A stretch of DNA of 64,000 nt from Mobula hypostoma (Eukaryota), in NCBI RefSeq assembly GCF_963921235.1, contig NC_086098.1, positions 243,164,001 to 243,228,000 on the forward strand, in the 5' to 3' direction. The notes below the pieces were generated by a model. It was not told the origin of the DNA. It saw only the letters and a list, made by a program, of their open reading frames with translations, and made no database searches. The stretch's first letter is position 1. Each line of letters begins with the position of its first letter. Position numbers and translations under genes: made by a program. Below are positions 59,201-64,000 of the stretch, in pieces.

Positions 59201-62200
59201 ACTCCTCACCCACTCTGACCATATTTATTTTGTCAGGGTCTGCGGCTGAGAGAACCTTCGACCTGTCTCAGGGTGCCCAGCGATTGGAGAACAGTGTGAG
59301 GGTCTGGTCAGACTATCTTGGGGTACACCTGCATCCAAAGACCATTTCTGTCATCCAACAGTATAACCACAACAGGTCAGTGACAGGTGCATGCACCCTA
59401 GTAGACACAGCCTGGTCCACCAGAGTGCCAAGCTGAGAGCTGACCCCGGTTTTTCCTTTAACATGCACAGCACTTCCAATCGCTTTGAAGCATTTGGGTT
59501 TGGTGAGAAGCTCCTTCGTGATCCAACTTTCTTAGATGACCTTGAAGACCGCCTTCACTTTTATATCGAGGAATGTGACTACCTGCAGGTAACTGGGGTG
59601 CAGGAGGGATGGGAGGCAGATGAAACCATTCCTGCCAACAAGTGGTTGGATAAGAACAGAGGAAAACCAGCGAGATACCATTCCCTTCCATTAACTAAAA
59701 GAGAAAAACATGGTATAGAGATTAACATCATGCTTCCAGGTTAACTTGGTGATGTGTTCCAATAAGATCACTTCTCAGTGTTCTTTCTGCCAGTGTGAAA
59801 AGACACTATCTGTTCAGTCTTACTAGTTTTTGTATTGATGAGGGTGATTTTATATTGTATAACACTGGGCTACAGTACTGGTGGGAACAGGTGTGTTGCT
59901 GTATAACAGTTGGGTAAAGTATTGGTGGGGACAAGTCTGTCACTGTGTAACACTGGGGCACAGTACCAGTGGGGACAGGTCTGTTGCTGTATAACACGGG
60001 TACAGTACCGGTGGGGACAAGTCTGTCACTGTATAACGATGGGGCATGGTACTGGTGGGGACTGGTCTGTCACTGTATAACACCGGGGTACATTACCAGC
60101 AGGGACAGCTCTGTTAACCATTTAACATTGGGGCGTGGTACTGGTGGGGACGGGTCTAATTATTCAACTTGCTTGACTGACATTGCCTCAGAAGAGAAGT
60201 GTAAGTCTGTTAATAATGGTGCAGGTTAGGGTCCTGTTGCTTGTTACTGACAGATGGTGTGTTTCGTTACCAGGGCTTCCAGGTGCTTTGTGATTTGCAG
60301 GATGGCTTTGCTGGCCTTGCCACCAAGGTGGTGGAGTTGTTACACGATGAATACGGAGGGAAAGCCATTTTCACCTGCGGCTTTGCGCCCACAAGCTACA
60401 TGGACACGGTGAGAGGACTGAGCAGAGGCACTGTCAGTGGTCCTAGTGACTGCCCCACCCACCACGCTCCCCTGACCAAGCACTGGACTGTAACCATCCG
60501 CACCCCCCCCCCCCCCCACCTTCCAATCTCTGCAAACCTGGCTGGGAGATTAGAGTTTGCTCTTTTACTCCTGAGCCTGTCAAGCACCCACCTACTTCCA
60601 CCTGTCTTACTCTCCCCACAGATTCTACTCCTCACCCACACAGAAGGGGTAACTTACAGTGGCCAGTTAAACCTCACTGACCCACACACACAAAAATTAA
60701 CATATCACCCACCTGCCAATTGGCAACGAGAAAGAAAAAACTGAAAATCTGAAGGAAACCAATACAAAGTACAGTCCCATAATCGCTTAAATATCGGAAG
60801 CATTTTTTTATCTGAATACAAGGAGAGCGGCCGCACGAACTCAGTCCTTCTGTAAAGAGTGACCACTGACCCTGGTTTGAGTGCAGTGATCCAGCTGCTG
60901 ACTGTCGACCCCAGTGGCGTCCATTGGGAAGCCATTGTAGACGGCCTCCACATTCACTTCAGTCTTCCTTGCCACTTCGAGGTGGAGTTCATGACCCCGT
61001 GCTCTTTCTCTGGTCTTTTTGAACCGCCCCCCCCCCCCCCCGGTCTCTGATCTCCACGAATCAGCTCTCCAGACATAGCATAATGCTGGAGAGCTTCGGT
61101 CAAGTTCCAAACTGCATGTCACAGGCTCCAAGAGTTCCCATAACACAAACAAGTGAAAAGCATAGAAAAAGTGAAATAATTGTAAAGATTTGGTATCTGG
61201 AGGATGTCACTCGGGGAATCATTGTTCGCTAGCGCCATCTTACTAACCTTAACCTGTATGCCTTTGGAACGTGGAGGAATCCGGAGCACCCGGACAAAAC
61301 TCGCGCAGTCACAGGGAGAACATATAACCTCCTTACACCTTGAACTGTTGGCACTGTAAAGTGTTACACTAATAGCTACACTACCGTGCCTCCCAGTTAA
61401 TGTTGGCTTAAACCTGAGGTAAATCAGTTTAAGTTAACCAAGGGATATTGGAAAGAGTAAGATTACAGTAGGCACAGTTCATTAGATGGGCTGAACAGCC
61501 TGTTCCCATATAACAGGTTTGGGGGGCTCAGTGGTCTGGTGCCTTCGTATCCTTACTGGAGGCTTACAGTGGGGTGGGGTCAAGCTCTCTGCGATGCCCG
61601 GGGGTCTCTGAACGCTGGCTGTGATTGGTTCTGCAGGGTTCCATGGCCACCGTCTACCGTCTGCTCAACTCCGTCATGGGTATCGTGCACCTGTCCAGCC
61701 GCAGCTCCGCCTTCTGCCCCATGTCGCTGGACAGCAGCTTCCTGGGGCGCAAGCAAGTGACCCCAGTCCCTTTCCCACGTGTCATCTATGACGTGAGTAT
61801 CTCCGGGCAGGAGGGGTGGTGGACAGGGTGTGGAGGGGCATGGGCAGTGGCCAACGATGTGTAGCGGGGCACAAGGGTAAAGATTGGGGGAGATGGTGGT
61901 GATGGAGAGGACCACTGTTGGACAGGGTGTGTAAGTCTGGTGAAGGCTGGAGGGGCCATGGTGGACAGGGTGTGTAGCCGAGCAGCCCCTCTGTGTAAGG
62001 GAACCCACCCTCCAACAGAGAACGCCATCAGACACTTGCAGTCAGCATTCGGAGGAGCAGGAACGAGGGTCTGGATTTGTGTTACTGCACCAGATTTGGT
62101 CCCTCATCCCAGCTGAAGTCCCAGCCCTTTCCTGAGGAGTTCACACAGAACGTGGTCATCCTGTCACCCTCGCTGGACCGAAAGTCTTCACTCACCTCTG

Positions 62201-63894
62201 CTTTTCCCCCCAACAGGCATCCCTCAATTATCACAGCAGCGCACTGTTGGCTACAGCCTTGGAGACTCTGAGCGTCCCATACAGACTACAGTCTAACGCC
62301 ATGTCGCTTACCCAGCTGACCAACGCACTTACTGTCTCCAGCAGGAAGGTGAGGCACCCCCGTAGCATCATACTGAAGGTGGGAGTCGGGGAGCATTGTG
62401 AGGGCGTGTGGGAAGTAGGTTGGGAATGTGAAGAGGAGGGGAGAGTTCAGACCTGGGGGGGGTGGTCAGTGTGGACGTGATCTGACCCAGGCACTAGAAT
62501 GCAGTAGGTGCTCGACGCAGGGAGGTGCAGACCCAATCCCTTGTCTCATGCTCCTTCACCAATAGATGGGGGTCCACTTACCTGTAACTGAATCACCTTG
62601 TGTTCCTGCTGTCACAGCCAGGACCCCACCCTTACCCCGCCAGGAAGGAACAAGCAATGGCTGCCTGCCCGATTCTGGTCTCACTGGGACGTTCTGTGGG
62701 TGGATGGGGTCAGGTGCCCCCCAGTGGTTTTGATGTTGGGAAGCAGCCTCCATCCTGGCACTGAACTGGGTCTGTCCCCGGCAGGTGGTCACTGCGTCTG
62801 CTGCCATCCCCTTCGCCATGAAGAGCACCGACACTCTCCCGGACGTCTTGGCCGAGCAACACGCCGCGTCACCGTGGACACCACTGACCCCCTATGGCGA
62901 GGTTAAGGATGTTCAGTGCTTCGCACAGTCTGTAGTGTTGCGAGGAGTCAGCAGGGAGCAACAAATCAGGTGGGTATGGGTCACCGTCTGCAGTTCTGGG
63001 CACACCACTCCTTGCTGTCCACTCTCTCACAGTATGTACCTGAGCTGTTGCTCTGCACTTGTGTTGTACAGTGATCGACTTGTTCTCACGGGTACTGTAA
63101 TGCAAGGTAGTTCCATAACCCAGTGTTATACAGTGACAGACCTGTCCCCACCAGTACTGTACCCCTGTGTCAATATCAATACAGTATCAATATTGCCCCC
63201 ACCCCCCCTTCCCAAATATCATCATTTGGGGGTTCCATGGCTGAAGACATCAGTGTTAAGTTTGAAATTTAGGTAGAAACAATTGTCCAGTAACAGAAAT
63301 TACACCATAAGAAATGTTCACATCATGAATCTGCCTGTATCTCTTTTCCTCAGTAACCTTCCACCGGGGGTGAAAGGACCCTCCATTTTACACAGCTGTC
63401 CATCAGGAGAAGATGTCCTTGAAACGTTCCTGCAACACCACTTCCCAGCTGCAGTGAGGTACGTGAGTGGCAAACACTTTGTGTGCACTGGAAAAACACA
63501 AAAAAATCAAAAGATGGCACTGGCAGTAAAATGTCACCATATTGTGGACAGCCAACTTTGACGTTTGAGTGAAATGGGGTGTGGGTGTGGATTCATTACT
63601 TTGTAATGTGAGTGGAAGAGGCTTGGTCCATTGGGAAGTGAGCAGCAACAGGTTTGGGAATATGTAGTCCTCGTTGGAAAAGAGGGAGGGAGAATGGGAA
63701 ATGGTTCTGTCCTTTGGGGATGCATACAAAGGAATACAGTGTGATGTTGGCTGGTGACCCTGTTCTCTCTCTCCCCAGAGCCATCCATCTTGTTCAGACC
63801 CCATGTAGAGTGACTACACCGTATCCACAGATTTTCTCAGACTCCTTCAACAAACGGGGGCAGCTGGTGGGAGGTAGTCTCTCCTCAGGAAATG
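47124..63894 (+). CDS. MSTO1: MSTO1 (misato homolog 1, tubulin/FtsZ-like mitochondrial morphology regulator), exons 1-13; 3' end outside window
   Basis: Exons 47124-47207, 49818-49953, 55549-55618, 56692-56767, 59094-59145, 59237-59375, 59471-59588, 60274-60408, 61637-61792, 62217-62348, 62785-62969, 63354-63458, 63779-63894 join in frame (1504 nt). Motifs [67 protein letters not shown] are diagnostic of Misato. Confidence 0.96.
47528..49510 (+). repeat. G-rich 33-bp minisatellite (~2 kb) in MSTO1 intron 1
   Basis: Unit GGGGCTGAGGGGGAGGCGGAGGGACCGGGACCC with longer variants. Confidence 0.97.
49818..49953 (+). CDS. MSTO1: MSTO1 exon 2 (DAALC...[10 protein letters not shown])
   Basis: caag| and |gtacgc borders. 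Confidence 0.94.
51300..52213 (+). repeat. 33/32-bp minisatellite (~28 units) in MSTO1 intron 2
   Basis: Unit GACATCACACAAACTTGGCAGTGACCGCCTCTC. Confidence 0.97.
52660..53925 (-). mobile_element. 5'-truncated CR1 LINE, antisense
   Basis: [46 protein letters not shown]. Confidence 0.92.
53942..54050 (+). repeat. 31-bp tandem repeat (3.5 units)
   Basis: Unit GTGTTGTACTGCAATAGCCTGTAATGGGGCA. Confidence 0.9.
55180..55285 (+). repeat. 33-bp tandem repeat (3 units)
   Basis: Unit ATTTTGATTTGGGAGGACTCTATCAGGCAGGTT. Confidence 0.85.
55549..55618 (+). CDS. MSTO1: MSTO1 exon 3 ([13 protein letters not shown]...ALAW)
   Basis: tacag| and |gtaagg borders. Confidence 0.93.
55668..55870 (-). mobile_element. 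Short bipartite RTE-derived non-autonomous element
   Basis: Minus strand joins an RTE 5'-UTR-like motif (GGGGCCAGCAACCCCATCCTGTAAA) to an RTE C-terminus-like [13 protein letters not shown] segment. Confidence 0.5.
56692..56767 (+). CDS. MSTO1: MSTO1 exon 4 ([10 protein letters not shown]...FLQQLNRLG)
   Basis: tccag| and |gtaagt borders, phase 2-0. Confidence 0.9.
59094..59145 (+). CDS. MSTO1: MSTO1 exon 5 ([17 protein letters not shown], variable linker)
   Basis: ccacag| and |gtgagt borders; phase 0-1 is required to join exons 4 and 6. Confidence 0.8.
59237..59375 (+). CDS. MSTO1: MSTO1 exon 6 (...[16 protein letters not shown]...YNHN)
   Basis: gtcag| and |gtcagt borders. Confidence 0.93.
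59471..59588 (+). CDS. MSTO1: MSTO1 exon 7 (...RFEAFG...[10 protein letters not shown])
   Basis: cacag| and |gtaact borders. Confidence 0.95.
59855..60157 (+). repeat. Degenerate 44-bp minisatellite copies
   Basis: Same family as 38507-39253. Confidence 0.9.
60274..60408 (+). CDS. MSTO1: MSTO1 exon 8 ([12 protein letters not shown]...SYMDT)
   Basis: accag| and |gtgaga borders. Confidence 0.95.
61637..61792 (+). CDS. MSTO1: MSTO1 exon 9 ([11 protein letters not shown]...RVIYD)
   Basis: ctgcag| and |gtgagt borders. Confidence 0.93.
62217..62348 (+). CDS. MSTO1: MSTO1 exon 10 ([15 protein letters not shown]...SSRK)
   Basis: caacag| and |gtgagg borders. Confidence 0.94.
62785..62969 (+). CDS. 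MSTO1: MSTO1 exon 11 ([10 protein letters not shown]...[10 protein letters not shown]...QQI)
   Basis: ggcag| and |gtgggt borders. Confidence 0.94.
63061..63168 (-). repeat. Inverted copies of the 44-bp minisatellite
   Basis: CCAGTGTTATACAGTGACAGACCTGTCCCCACCAGTACTGTACCCC. Confidence 0.85.
63354..63458 (+). CDS. MSTO1: MSTO1 exon 12 ([15 protein letters not shown]...AAV)
   Basis: ctcag| and |gtacgt borders. Confidence 0.92.
63779..63894 (+). CDS. MSTO1: MSTO1 exon 13 ([20 protein letters not shown]...SGN)
   Basis: cccag| and |gtgagt borders. Confidence 0.92.
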
Positions 63895-64000
63895 GTGAGT
63901 GCCATGCAGTGGGGGATCCAGCCTGGCGTCGGACTGCTGCGCGGGGGGAGGGTTGGATTTACCTTGGGCTGTTCCAGAGGTAGTGGGGTTGTCAGATGAG

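Noticed and set aside
59376-59470. Possible second U12 intron in MSTO1 (TTCCTTTAAC near the acceptor)
   Set aside because: Donor is GTCAGT (U2-type) and the motif is an imperfect match inside an ordinary pyrimidine tract.

Overview
Vertebrate nuclear DNA, most likely an elasmobranch (ray/skate-like repeat landscape of CR1, Penelope, Rex1/Babar and RTE retroelements; inferred, not proven). The window holds the complete DAP3/MRPS29 gene (+ strand, 12 coding exons, 5559-40099, 397 aa) and the first 13 coding exons of MSTO1 (+ strand, from 47124; last exon lies beyond the window). At the left is a CpG-rich divergent promoter with minus-strand splice donors that by synteny should be the non-coding 5' exons of ASH1L. 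Introns are filled with nested retroelements, several minisatellites (44-, 33-, 31-, ~50-bp units) and one assembly gap (29083-29776). Best second-look items: a U12 minor-spliceosome intron beside the DAP3 P-loop exon, a strong-Kozak uORF in the DAP3 leader, dispersed Penelope-derived minimal hammerhead ribozyme motifs, an antisense C2H2 zinc-finger retrocopy, a young RTE-clade LINE, and a duplicated promoter module upstream of MSTO1. I found no convincing evidence for a wholly new gene system; the long ORFs in the ORF track are repeat or gap artefacts.
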